The notes: generated from the letters alone by a model not told the origin. DNA of 63,103 nucleotides, filler included, from Polymyxa betae A26-41 (GCA_003693705.1; 4 parts of 4 records of this genome joined end to end with filler, not necessarily neighbours in it); one strand, 5' to 3'; shown: positions 25,604 to 38,916, numbered from the whole stretch's first letter. A program made the numbers and translations.

Positions 25604-26990
25604 CCTCGGACTCCGTCCATGTTGCTCTGGTCGTATACTGGACCATGGAGTTCAGAGACGTGGTCGGACGTCATTCAAGTTTGAATTACTGACTGAGACA
25701 GAGCTGATTAATAATTACAGTCAAGTCGGTCTCTATCAGCTATGAAGCGATTTGTGGCTTTCTGTTAATCTGATTCATCATTGTGTATGTTTAATACATT
25801 GCAGCCCCGGAATTTTCTCAGGTCTGTTTGATGTCATGAAGGGACATAACTCGCAGATCATCATGATTTTTGAGATCCGAAGCAGCAGAGTCAGCTGCGG
25901 ACCAAGATCGGTAGCCAGCAGGAATTCCGATGTTTCCAGCCCAATCCGAAGTCTCCTCTTCAGCTACTCAACATTTTGGCTGTTTTTTGGAACGTGTTTT
26001 TATCATGAAACGGAACTGCTTGATGCTGTTCGCCAGAGCGAATGGAATCACGATCATATAACCAATCAGATTGTATCAATCCTTATGGCTTCACCGCTAT
26101 TTTGAATATTGTTGTACAGAGCAGTGATAGTTGATATGATGTCGCTGTATATCCATCATTCATTTTATCATTCTCAAGAATTGCCTTGTAGCGATAATGA
26201 AATTTTCGGGGCCTTTTTGCGGCTGTAATGCCGACAATATGATCGTGTTATGCATCAAACTATTGGCGGATCTCGTCCGCTATTCCCATGTAGTGCTCGT
26301 GCTCCTGATTCAACATTATTATGCAAGATAACAAGCCAAACGCCATCCTCAGCGGCTTGCTTGTATGAATATTGAATAGTGGATCGGGAGAAGAGTCGCT
26401 ATCGCAGATGCTGCTGCTGCTAGTTTCCTGACGCCACCGCTTTCGACGTCAACACATTGGAGGGCAACCAGGACCAGTCTGGGCCCAGGACTAATTGGCC
26501 GAAGTTTTGTGCTCCGAATGGCTACAGGATCCTACCTATTATAATCACGAATTCCGCCACAAATGAAGAATTGGTGTCCACGGCCACCTGGTTCCATTCC
26601 TTGTTGAAAACCCATTACATATGACCGAATTTAGCAGCATTAAGCGACACCAAATACAGTCTTTCTATAACTCGAAGAAACAGCAAAAAGTCAAACCACT
26701 GAATTGATACTATGTCGAATAGTCGTCAGAAGCAGCAATGAAACTGTTTCAAGAGGATTTTGTCATCATGGGATTATGCCTGACGAGCATCAAACTGGGA
26801 GAATAATGACCCTGCAGCCTGACACACCTTCAGGTATGCCCGGTGGCCGTCGTACCGGCCCAACGAATTCGATCACAGCGCAGCAATGCTTCTAGACTAC
26901 CAACATTGAGAATGGAGTTAATCATCACGTCCCAGTTTTGATCTGTTCAAAAGCCAGAAAGGGTCCGAGCCTCTACATGACAGTATCATT

Positions 26991-28062
26991 GAACGACCCT
27001 GCTGCGTGTGCGACCCCTCGCACAAATAAGCCCGTGTGCGACTGTATGTCGCACAACCCTTATCTGTGCACTCTCAACCTCTCTCTTACGATCTATACAG
27101 TAGTAGCGCCTACAGATGCTCTCAGGTCTGGGCAAACTTCTCCGGCTGGGCCGTTGTAATTCCCATGTTTCAGGCACCACTCTCGGCTGCTCTGCTTCTT
27201 CTTCGCCTACGCCCACAGCGCCATTGGAATGCGAGCGTCCATGTCCACCCCGAAAGCCCACCGACAATGGAGATCAATCTATGCATAATATCCACGAAGA
27301 AGTCGAAGACGATTATACGCCGATAATTAACGATAAAGAAGGCGAATTGCAATGGAATGGAAGCAGAATTATCCAAACTTTTTGTGAAGTCGAGTCCATG
27401 ACAATCGGCCGAGTATTTGAATCCTTAAATGAGCCTCGCCAGCACTGCGTATCTTTTGCTAAGTGCCCTCTGAAACAGAAAGGCACTCAGAAATTGAGAA
27501 ACGTTACTTTCCTTTGCTTTCGTAACGGTTTTCATGAGAAAGATTCAATGGTTCCAGGAGAGTTTCAGCGTTCGAAAAAGTCTTTGAATGCCTCGACGTC
27601 TGAAATAGCGAAAAAATCGGGGTGTACGAGATATTCAATGAACAAGACCATGAGGTGTTCAACGAAGCCGAGTTGGAAGCCCTACCTCAAAATCGATTTA
27701 TTTCTGAAGATGTAGAGAAAAAGATGTTTGAGTTAAATGAGCATGGGGTCTTGACCTGCTCCCAGATTATGGTGTTATTTGAACGGGAACACTTTCCGGA
27801 AACGATATGTCAGCCGAGCAGAGCTGCAACAAAATCAGCATTAGCGGAAGAAGGGGAAGACATCCCTGACCCAAAAGGGTAACATGTCCAAGTATCGTAA
27901 GATTCCGCCGAATACGATTTCATATAAAAACAGATTAACTGTTTGATTGTATTGAATGTATTATCGATAGTATCGAAAGGGTCGCACAGATAAGGGTTGT
28001 GCGACATACAGTCGCACACGGGCTTATTTGTGAGAGGGGTCGCACATGTATCAGGGTCGATC
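26991..28062 (+). mobile_element. Mutator-like (MULE) deletion derivative with about 80-bp TIRs
   Basis: GAACGACCCTG..TGTGCGACCCCTC.CACAAATAAGCCCGTGTGCGACTGTATGTCGCACAACCCTTATCTGTGC recurs inverted at about 27984-28062. The interior has a FAR1-like remnant (VTFLCFRNG...RSKKSL). No target-site duplication seen. Confidence 0.78.
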
Positions 28063-29801
28063 ATTAATATCAGGGCGATCTATTCGTTGGGTTCTGTTTG
28101 GGCTGATGCGACCCTTTAGACCATAATATCATCCTTTTCTCGAGTTCAATAGCCTCAAGAGCCAATCCATCATGAATGCAGGCCGTCAATCCAGCTCTAA
28201 AAACCGGACGTCCAGGCGTGAATTCGGTGGCATTTAATAGACCGTTAGCGTAAACGGTTTCGTTCGCATTGATCTGAGCCGTATTGAGCACAGCCATGTA
28301 TGATCTATTCAAACAGCGCAGGAAATGGTGGTAAATCCAGAAAACAGTTTTGAAGGCTATTGACCAGAATATATTTCTCTTAGACACAGATTGATATCTA
28401 GATATAATAGACAGATCTGTAGATCGCCATCGACGATCCAGCTACAACGACCTTCATGAAGCATTCGACTTCATGCAGTACAGATTCTAAGCCAGAACTC
28501 TCAATTGCAGGGCTTGTTCAATACCGGAATTGAACGAACCGTGTTCAACCAGTTGCCTTTGCAGATCTATCCCGTGCCTATGTTGAAATCTGTGAGAGAT
28601 TTTGACACTGCCAGGGCTGAATAGATATGTTTTGTCCACCATACAGATGGAAGGCGGTGTCTTCTGAACAACAAGCACTGATTTCAACCTGATCGCTGTA
28701 TGAACGCGGACAAAGAGAGGGCTTATCTTTGTTTTTGATGCGGAAGGCGCGATTGAGCCGGAATCCATCGTCTTCATCCACTCAAGCATGCACAGACCTG
28801 CGTAAAATCAGCTGATATCATAAAGAAGCGCAAGGTTTTTTTCTCAAACAATCTCGAAACCAGAGCCATAACAGTGAGAACAACTTCATATACTCAGCTG
28901 GAGCTTCACAAAAATTGTCGCTTTGCGAAGTTCGTTCTGCTGCGACTTTCCGATAAAAATGCCCTTTTCGGCAATTGGAATGCTCATCTCCAACACAGCC
29001 CTATTTTTCATCTGAATGTTGGCAAGATGCCGATAAAACAGCAAGCGATGGCTGGGCTTTGTCCGCATCGATGATATTGAGCGCCAGACGATAGACATAT
29101 AAAGTTGGTGAAACAGATTCACATTTAGTGGTGGGAGGGGCAGCGAGACAAACCTGCAATCCCGGACCGCTACCATCCGAATGTTATGATAGATTTACCT
29201 CGTTCAGCTAGTCTGGTTCGTGACGATGAAGCCATCAAGGAGACCAGCTGGCATTGGTTACTTGATGGTGGCGGCGTATTCGCCGCGTTTCTCAATCCTG
29301 CAATATGGTGACAATCGAGATTCCCTCGTTGCGAGATTCGACGAAACACAATTCCATTGTCGCTATGAATCTTTGAAAAATCGTATTCTGTCAACCGTTT
29401 ATAAACACGAATTTAACAAGAGGGCTATCAGGACAATTAGGGAAGTTATCTGGTCAAACTGGTGGTAACAAATCCGATTTTATTATGAACCCAAGAAACA
29501 GAACATTGCTCGATATCGACGCCGAGGAAGTCGTGAATCCACGCAGCCGGTGGTCGCGTTCGTACTGGACCCGACTGGAAGTCGCGAGTTCCCCCAGTCA
29601 GTGTCGAAGTACGCCTCAGCAATAGCAAGCGTTATGCGGTTGTTGATGCTCTCGATGTATTAACAATATCAACAAAGAGAAACAGGCCGATGAAATGAAT
29701 TTAAAGTTTGTGTTGATGGCCAAAATAACTGGCTGATGAATTCAGCAGCCATAATCGTATGAAAACTTCTCGTCGATCTTTATTCCATTTCGATTTCCGT
29801 T

Positions 29802-30853
29802 TCAGGGAAACATGTAGTACAAAGCACCACGAACGCCCTTAATGATGTTGCCCACCTTGGGCTGGGCCGAAGGGACTGCATTCCCTTGGACAACAGTTCC
29901 TTGACCCGCTGTCGTTCCAGGGGCCGTTACGGTCGTTGTTGGGGTGGCGGTGGTCGTTCCTGGGGTCGCGACGGTCGTTGCTGGAGTAGCCGATGTCGTT
30001 GTTGGGGCGGCAGAATTCTTGCCTTGAGCTGATGTTGTTCCTGCAACTGTCTCGGTTACTTTCGCAGTTGCTGTTGCTGGTATAACAGGGGGAGCGCCTT
30101 TCGTGATTGGCTCGGGCGCTACAATCAGGTCAACTACAAACTTGCCGAATCCACCCCCGGGAAGTCCGCGCTTCGCTTGTGTGATACAGATCCCGGCAAC
30201 TTGTGCTTTCTCTCCTGCCATAATACCATCTCTCTGTATATCCCAGGTGATAGGTGCTGATTGGCTTTTGATCGTGGAGTTACGCTGTAACGCCGTCCGG
30301 TGGACGATCGTCTGGCCAATGTCACCGTTACAGCCGTACGGATACGGAATCATGTTCAGACCGGGATTAACGATACGTCCGATCTGCTGAAGAGTCCCGT
30401 TTCTATCCTGCTTTTGAACCCAAACGATAAGACCAACTGCGCAGGGGTTAGAGGGTTTAAGGTTCTAGGGTTATTCACCTAGGGTTGTGGAATTATCTAT
30501 TGCTTTAACTACGAAGGTTTTCTGCCCATGTTTGTCCACAACGCCAGGAACAGTGCCAATGTTACATAAATCCTGAGCCATGGTATACGGAGGCACATTA
30601 AGATTGTGGTACTGGGCCACGGTCATGGTTGCTTCGGACATCCTATCAAAGGCCGAATTCCGGTCGTGTTCTTGTTACCGTTTCTCTTGGTAAGGAAGGG
30701 CAGGACTCCGGCTAAGGATTGAGGTCCACCTTTAGCTTGGACTTTCAGATCGCAGAGATACGACGGCAGCAAAGTCCCATTCGTGAAGCCTGATGCAGAG
30801 CCCATTAAGAGCAGGGCGAAGCAGGTGATCATCTCGGCTTTTCCGGTCGTCAT
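29802..30853 (-). CDS. Secreted protein (Reeler-like fold suspected) with Thr/Pro-rich tail; about 3 exons
   Basis: Signal peptide (ITCFALLLMGSASG|FTNGTLLPSYLC); middle exon TVAQYHNL...DLCNI; 42-nt intron 30478-30437; then VGLIVWVQ...IGRI...PYGC...TIVH and T-rich repeats. The first junction is either an intron with a weak acceptor or a frameshift. Confidence 0.65.
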
Positions 30854-32567
30854 GTTAATATGATGATTACAAAATGCTCTGGTTCAAGCAGTCGTGATTG
30901 CTTTATTGACGGGGTTGTTCTGGATCCTGGTCAGCAATCATCTCGAATCGTGCATTACATCGCGTCACGATCCTGGTTGTTCTGGAGCCCTTCGGCAATA
31001 ACACGCGGTTAATTCCCTCAAAAAAGCGAACTCGTTTCTCGGAAAATAACACAATCGGGCCATTTTAATAAAGCCATAAACAGAGTTGGCGATGGTTGAA
31101 ATATTACAAAGTCTGAACTTGTATCATTCATTAGATAGTTAGATCATTTAACACGGCTGCTATTCAGAATCTGCAAGGTTTCATTTTTGCTCATTGTTGA
31201 CTGGGTAGGCCCTTGATGATCTCACCCGTCTAGGAACCTTTTACTATCTAATGCTGACCTTCTTCGAGGATGTTCTGGACTTCTCTTCCGTCATCACGAC
31301 ATCTGAGTGCGTTGTCGGTAAACATCATCAGCTTTGTCTATGGCACCGATATCATTCTCTATGACAATACCCGAGAAAATTCACTGCAACGGTCAGATTA
31401 GCCTGCCAAGGCTCCAGGCTGACCCTAACCCTAACAGGATACACACTTGAGTGGGGATCAATACAGGTTCCTAAATCATGACTTGTTATCATGTCAACAT
31501 CTTGGTGCTGTGGACAATAAAATGGACGGTCGTATGGATTCGATGCTGGGCAAAGTCGAAAGGCCAAGCGATGCGGTGAGGCGGAATCTGTGACACTGTC
31601 TTATAGCCCTGTTCTCTGGAAATATGATGGTGTCTCCCCCGGCATGTATTGATATACTGCAGGTTTATGTGCGGCTGAAAGCAGCTCGTAGCGTGCGGGT
31701 GGTTCAAGGGATTATACTGCCATGAATACGTGTGGCTGGGGACATATTACTCGACTGTTGTATTAACATAAACGTAACACAAAGTATATGGATTGTCACA
31801 CGTCCTATGGAATGCGACAGGGTCTAACATATGCTGTCATTCTTGTGATGTGTTTTCTCACTATTTACATTAATTGGGAATCTGCGGTTGCTTTCGGAAT
31901 AGTTCTAGCCACAACCAATGATTCGATTCGATTGATGATTGTTTCCATGTGAACATAATCATCTGGGCCACCTTTGAATCACTTCGTATCAACTTAAGCA
32001 GAGTTGTACACAAATGATGACTGTGATTTGAATGATTTGAAATTATCGATTACATTCAGCAGATGGAATGGAAGCCTGAGAAATCGTTAGAATCTCCAAC
32101 GAATATATTGGTAATTGTTTTACCACAATCTGCTAACGAGAATCCATATTCGATCAAACCAAATCCGGGATCATCATCAAACAGACTTCTTTTCGTTTCA
32201 AACCGAGAAATCAACCGAGATTTTCCATTTAGGAAGCCGCTAACTAAAAGAAAGTCTAGATGCAGCTAAGACCTGAAGGCCGCCTTCATTCAAATCTGTA
32301 AATTTATTATTGTCGATAATTTTTTCTTAACTTTTGCCCATTAACTGATTAACGGTTAACCAGTGTGTCTGTGATGTTCGATTTCCAAGAGGTCGTAGAC
32401 AGAGGTCGCAACGCAGAGCGCAGCGCAGCCATCATGAAACTGCGCCAGTGATTACGTGAAGAAGCTGAAATATTGCGAAGCGCAGCCCTTCACCAAGAAA
32501 AGGTCCCATAATGTTAATTGTCATTGGCTTATGTATATAGGGAGGAGGTTTGACTCATATATTTCTC

Positions 32568-32763
32568 ATACTTACCTTGAAGGTGCCCAGTGGTAAGGCC
32601 ACATAACGGTCGATCATTAAGGATCGTGGGCTATCGTGGAGCGGCCCAACTGCACGCGTTGTGATATACGCAGGGTGTCTGTGAAGCGATATGGCTTCAG
32701 CACAAGCTGGGGTCGACTTCATAATTTATGAGTCGCGGGGACCAGAGTTCGCTCTATCCTCGG
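32568..32763 (+). ncRNA. U1: U1 spliceosomal snRNA (elongated)
   Basis: 5' ATACTTACCT; loop-I-like GATCATTAAG; loop-II-like ACTGCAC; Sm site AATTTATG; terminal hairpin with GAG-TTCG-CTC; TATATA about 34 nt upstream. Confidence 0.9.
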
Positions 32764-32873
32764 CCACCAAATAATCAAAGCGAAATTTCGCTCTCATGAG
32801 TTTTTTGTAAAGAGGCTTTAGAGCAAGGGAACCGTGCGCAACTATCATTATCACCACATATTAAATTTTATAA

Positions 32874-33175
32874 GAGCCTGTTCCAAGTGAAAAAATGCGG
32901 AAAATTAATGAGCAACCCTCCAATAAGATTTGCGCTCTATTTTTAGCATCGCATTTATTGAAAATGAGCTCCGCAACCTGATTTTCAATTAAATGTGATG
33001 GCAATTCCTAGAAACATCGCAGCGGTTGGCGCCACGCAGTTCGCAGAACTCACGATCTCATTTATTACCTCATTTAAATACAGTCATTTTCAGCATTTTT
33101 CGGATGTCATACCTGGACCGCATTTCTTTTTAAATACCGCATTTTTTATCGCATATTTTCACTTGAAACAGGCTC
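32874..33175. mobile_element. Tourist-type (PIF/Harbinger) MITE with TAA target-site duplication
   Basis: TAA|GAGCCTGTTCCAAGTGAAAA ... TTTTCACTTGAAACAGGCTC|TAA. Confidence 0.88.
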
Positions 33176-34079
33176 TAAATTTAAAGGTTTGTGCGGGGTT
33201 CTCGACCGTATCACAGAGTCTTCAAAGCTGAATGGATCTAGACGGTGGCTTTCCTATCTGAAAATGAAAGCAACAACGACAGCGACAGCCCCGTCGACCT
33301 ACTGCTGCTTATGTTTGATGAGTCTGGCAGTGAAGAGACTCTCGATGAAGAAATTTGCTGTCAACCTGGTCGGAAAAGATCGTAAAGGGGAGCTATAATC
33401 TTCGCTTGACGAGAAATCTCTTGACACCAGGTTGTTTGCCCTTTTTACGAGCCGCGACATCGACGACATCGGTCGGCTACATATAATGCTACCACCGACT
33501 ATCAAATTTGATACGCAGTAAGATTCATTAAATTTTCATGCGTGAGATACTTTTTGATGGTTCCCGGTGAAAGACGAAATCACTTAATTTATCATTACTT
33601 TAATGATAGTGTTAAAGATAAATGCGCTCGGTGCACATGCTCTCAAACTATTGTTTGTACTTAAATGTGTCGAATCCGCAGAATTCATCGATATTCTTAA
33701 ACCGACATTGACTAGCTAGTCCATTAACATTTCAGCAGCTCCAAACACAGAACGAGAAACAGAAGACGCAGCCTGTCATGCAAACACATATTATGTTGTG
33801 AGAACACGAACATGATGGCAATCGTTATTGGGAATTTTAAAATACAGACATGCGGAAGTACATTGTAGCTATTTTGAAATCAGTCTGATCCAACAGGATC
33901 TATTAGCAGAAGGATGAAAACCAGTTTGTGAAATATCACTCGGTTAAAGACCAGCAAGCCATGGATAGAGAAATAATTTCAATCTACATTTGATAAAGGA
34001 ACTTAATGATGAGTGCTGTTGTTGGCAGTGTTTGGAGATAGAGCTGCCAACTGATCATTCAGTTTTGAGCATTCATTCG

Positions 34080-34430
34080 CTAGGAGTTGCTGTTCTTGAA
34101 GATGGTCTCCAAAAATCGCAATAAAAATGTCAACATCATTATTACAATGATGTTGTCTTGAAGATGGTCTCCAAAAATCGCAATAAAAATGTCAACGTCA
34201 TTATTACAATGATGTTGAAGGCAGTTCAATATTGGATGGACAATGTCATTGAAATATTCCAGTAGATCTTTAGAACAATTCAACTTCATCAACTGAGCTC
34301 GTTCTCGAAGGGCCCGAATGCAGACCAGAAATGTTCTCTGTAGCATTCGAATTTAGATAAACTTATTGACAAAAATCATCAACTTACCATCTGGAATCCT
34401 GTAACTTGATATCTAAGATGGCAATCAAAA
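34080..34430 (-). pseudogene. Paralog of the terminal Crypton-derived domain repeat, broken by a 62-bp tandem duplication
   Basis: QRTFLVCIRALRERAQLMKLNCSKDLLEYFNDIVHPILNCLQHHCNNDVDIFIAIFGD aligns with QRSFLHCIRVLSDKVQQQKLKCSPGLLAFITDIVNPI*NCLQYHCNNDVELFIKTFGD at about 20.7 kb. Duplication 34094-34155 / 34156-34217. Confidence 0.75.
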
Positions 34431-34679
34431 ACGTTGGACAAATCTGGAATGAAAATGAAATTGCGTGGACCAACATCGAGTCCAATTGATTGGTCAAAGC
34501 CGCATAGCGACCGGTCGAACGTTTTGTCCACTAGTGGATAGAGGCCGCGCTGTCCCCTAGTGGACACCCTCGTCACAGCTATCCACTAGTGGACAGCGCG
34601 GCCTCAATCCACAATTCTTTGTATGGGATCTGCTCGCTGTCTTGAATAAGTGGTCAATTCAGCGTTTCTGTGCCTGGCA

Positions 34680-34779
34680 NNNNNNNNNNNNNNNNNNNNN
34701 NNNNNNNNNNNNNNNNNNNNNNNTTAATTAATTAANNNNNNNNNNNNNNNNNNNNNNNNNNNNNNNNNNNNNNNNNNNN
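34680..34779. other. Assembly gap with linker
   Basis: N-run with TTAATTAATTAA. Confidence 0.97.
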
Positions 34780-35883
34780 TTCTGAGCTATAGCTGACAGA
34801 TTTCTAGTGAGCAATAACATATTAACGATTGGACCGATGAAATATGAATCACAATAACATGATTGTCGATGGCTTTTACATCGCTACTAGCGAAAACATC
34901 GCTGCCGAGTGTTTGTCCCTCTTTGATTGGTCAGCGCTAATAGACCGATTCGAGATATCAATAGCATTTACACCCGCTGATTCATCGGATCATTGCATTC
35001 CAACAGCTTTCTAAGTCATTCAATGACTTCACCGCATTCCAGTTTCCAATTTAAACCACTCTCCCGTCTAACAAAGAGATCATCTTGGTAGCTGTTTTTA
35101 TGTAGCACCGTCAACCACATTTCAATGTTCTGTAGTCAAATATTTTTGTCGAATTTTTTTTGTTAATACCCAGCGACGGCATAAGTATCAGCCATTCTGG
35201 TTCGATTTAAGTGACTATAGCTATTTGTAGGGAAATCTAGAATCGTAATCTGAAATTTGCAGGCGTTTGATGGTGAAAAACAATTCAAAAATCGATTCTT
35301 CTGAAGCAAAACTGCTATTTGAAAATGCAGAAAACACTTCGACCTGGACAAGTTGTGGGACGACTGAATTATTCGCTCTCAGGAATAGAATTATTGCGTT
35401 TTGTGAATTTTCGGCCGGTCCGAATGTACTTTCTGTAAAGAATGATAGAAAATATCTGCTGAATGGAGCAATGCCACATAAAACGTTTCCTCAGTCAAGA
35501 ACCTTGTTTCATCACAAGCTGATATGTCAACTGAGGCTTACCTAAATGGAATACCTGGCTTTACGTTTCTATAGAGCACTGTCACGGTTTAGATAGCCAT
35601 GAATTAGACTTGTCCATAGATATCAGTTCGCAAGATTTTCGGTGGAAAGACGAACGACATTCCCGTAAATTAAAAAATAGTGCTTAAGCACACCGCCGCC
35701 ATTCCCAATGATCATGAGGGAATGATACAAAAGCGGCTTTCAGATCGTTCATACAGGAGTGATCTATGGCTCTTTGCCATCAATCCGATAGAAACTTGTG
35801 GCGACTTCGGATCGGCCTTTAATATCGGAAAAACATTCCCGATCAGAGGGCAGAATTCCTCGACTATCGCGGTGACAGCGACC

Positions 35884-36302
35884 ATGACGCCGATTCGGGC
35901 TCAGGACCCAGCAGCGAATGATCACGTTACCAACAACGTGGTCATGGACAATGTTCTGGTGCAGCCGTCCCGCAGCAATGCCGAGGTGGGTGGGGCAAAG
36001 CAACGTTACACAGGTCCGCGGGGTCACGCTAAGCAGTAACATATAGACGGGGCGGCTGTCCGTCACCCTTGTGCTGGTCATATTCGCGCCCTCGTTCCTC
36101 ATCGCGGGCATCGTGATCTTCGCCGTGGGCCTGCACGTCTCCGGCTCGAATTGGGTCCTGATCATGTAGGTGAGGTAACACGTTTAATGGGCTCTGCGAC
36201 TGACTTGATGTTAGGGCTGGAGTGATTACGTTCCTGCAAGGGATCGGATATTACATTATCGCATTCTATGGAATGCCCAATTACCAAGGAGAGAAACGCT
36301 GA
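35884..36302 (+). CDS. Small two-transmembrane protein (3 exons), missed by the ORF track
   Basis: MTPIRAQD...SNAE | intron GTGGGT..ATAG | TGRLSVTLVLVIFAPSFLIAGIVIFAVGLHVSGSNWVLI | intron GTAGGT..TTAG | MAGVITFLQGIGYYIIAFYGMPNYQGEKR*. Confidence 0.6.
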
Positions 36303-36823
36303 ATAAAAATCTCTGGATTATGAAGAGAACTTGATGTATTTTGTGATTCTTTCCGTTTGTAAATTGAAATCTCGGAAACTGCCTCTCACTTGTCAGTCCG
36401 TCACTCCATTGTCCACAGGGCGACAAAGCCATACTCCTGCGTCTCAGGATTTGCTAGAAAAGGTCTGTTAGAGTGGTAACGTAACGATCATTCGTTACTC
36501 GGGTAACAGATATCCATGACAGACAGCATCTGTATCGCATCGTCGCTCATGAAGACGTTGATTTTGAAATGTGGTAAATACAGCAGTATGTCCATCTGAA
36601 ATCGTAGACGACCTTGTAAGCTAAAACTACGATTGGAATAGAATGATCGCCACAAATAATTTTACAATTTAATTAATAAAATTAATAAAAAGTTAAGTAC
36701 AAAATCTAACAAGAGGAAGATGGGGATTGAATCAACAAGGACATTGTGTGATTGTATTGAACAGATTGAAATACAGTGGTAGATAGAGAGAGAGGGGAGA
36801 GAGTGAGAGAGCGGCCTTTTCCA

Positions 36824-38275
36824 TCACTTTTTGGGTGCGGAACGTTTGTTACTCGTGGGGCGTGCAGTTCCAGTAGTCTCCAGGACACGTTTCAGCGACG
36901 GGCGTGCTGGTCCACGCGTCGGCGCCGCCGTACCGGTCCGGGCGGCGTCTGCCACGCGCGTGCTGCTGCTGGATCGCGCCATCGTCGACCCGCGCAACGG
37001 CGTCGCACTGGCCCGCGGCGCCGCCCCCCCCGTCCCGCTGCCTCGGGCGCTCATGGAGCGGCGTAGTTCGCCGGCGCCGGGCTGCGCGGTGGTTCGAGCG
37101 GTGCTGCTGGACGCCTCGGCCTTGCGCTTCTTGACCAGCGTATGGTCGAGGTCGACGGAAGCGCGCTGCGCCCGCGACCTGACGACCGGGGCGGCCTTGT
37201 TGACGTTCGAAGCGGATTGAATGCGCGCCAATCGTGACTCGATATCGATCTGTTGCTGCTTAACGGCGGCATCGATCTCGTAAACTTTCGATTGAAGTTC
37301 TTCGAGCTTCAAACCAATCAACGACTGCGGGTGCCACTCTGCGAATCGGAATCCTTCATAGTCAGCATCGACCTCCATATCCACTAAATTATTTGAAGAT
37401 CCGCTAGTAGTAATAGTCTGGAGGGTTTGGTACGAGTCCGAGAATGAAACGGCGCGCTGATGACTGCCGACCGAGTCCGTAAATGAAACCGTACGCTGAT
37501 GACGCGGCGTACTGGACTCGGCCTTCTGGATCCAGTCCGTGATCGTGTTGTGGCATGGTACACAATCCGGATCTTCAAGGAAGAAGATGGCGGCGGTGTG
37601 ATGGGGTGCTGGGGCGGGGGCGGCCTCCGGCTTGGCGACCGGCTCGGCGACCTCGGTTGCTTCCGCAGATTTGGGCGATTCTTCACTGAAGAGATCACGA
37701 GGCACCAAATCCAACATGAACTCGTCCATGTCTAATGTAGCTGACGGGAACGGCCTAATAAATAATATTAAGCAAAAGATTGACGGAAAAGTCAACATGA
37801 ATATGCAGTCAGCATTGTTTGAAACTTTTGATAAAACAATTACGTAAACAAAAGTTTAGAGCGAAGTGGAAAGAAAAAAGTCAAAAATTTCGTACTGCTC
37901 TTCGATGAGATCCTTCATGGCGAACAGATCAGAGACAGTAGCTCGAAGTTCTTCATTCTTAGCGGAGTCGACGACCTTCTCAGGCTCCGGAGCACTGATT
38001 TTAGAATCGGGTTGGGGATGGGACTGAGGTTCCGGACTTCGTTCGAGATTCAGATCGAAGCGGAACACGTCGTCGGCGTCCTGGAAGATTCCGTCGCCGA
38101 ACTCGGGCTCGGTCCAGTCGCCGATGCTGAAGGATGGAGAAGCGGGCTGCGGTAACTCGCCATCATCGGACCAAGCGGAGATGCTGCGAACCGGGGAGCC
38201 GGACTCCAACAGGGTGGCGATGGCTGTGGCCATGGATAGGATCACAGGAAGGAACATGGACGTTTGGGGTTGCAT
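36824..38275 (-). CDS. Hypothetical low-complexity / coiled-coil protein, multi-exon
   Basis: Two long GC-rich ORFs (37856-38539 and 36824-37798) are separated by an AT-rich intron-like segment; coiled coil LEELQSKVYEIDAAVKQQQ and a basic S/T/R-rich tail. Confidence 0.65.
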
Positions 38276-38916
38276 GACGAAAGCAGAATGGAGCCACGGA
38301 GTCCGCGTCGTCCAGCCCTGATGGCCTTTACGGGTCAAGGCCGCGCAGTCATTGTTGGGTGATTGAAGTTGACCGGAACCTGGCCCCAACCACGCCTTTG
38401 ATAGAATCTTCGATCGATTGTCAGAGAAGTTCCGTACGCAGTTATGGGTGTGCGCGACTGTGTGGAATAAGTTGCTCCAGTCAGAGGTCAAGATTTCTTT
38501 CAGACCTTTCAGCGACCAGGAGATCAATAAGTGGCTCAATTCGGGGGTCTTTTCCGATCTGACATCGATTCTTGCGATTGGTTTCGTGGAATATTGGAGA
38601 TTGATATCATGAATTGATACTTTGGGTCAAAGCTGTCAGAAGAAACGAATTTCATTTCAAGCTCGTCGCTGTATGGCCCGATTGTTCATTCCTGGCAAGC
38701 GGTGCATGGAATGGCCATGTTTGTTGATTGTCGAAATGCTTGGATAGGTACGTTCAGACGGATACCTGTCCTTAGCAACTGCAGGGGAATACAGGGGATA
38801 AACAGTCGAATTAGAAAATCTCAATAATCCTACCGATAGGAGTTACAGCTGATCGTGGATTTTTTGAGATTTGAGAACCTTGAGACAGGCTCAACGAACG
38901 AAAAATCCAAAAAGAA

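Noticed and set aside
24989-25692. Multiple overlapping ORFs around GC-rich genes (also at 36.8-37.7 kb and 44-46.5 kb)
   Set aside because: Shadow frames expected from stop-poor GC-rich coding DNA.
26938-28064. Two similar ORFs (..TNKPVCDCMSHNPYLC..) on opposite strands
   Set aside because: Translations of the MULE terminal inverted repeats.
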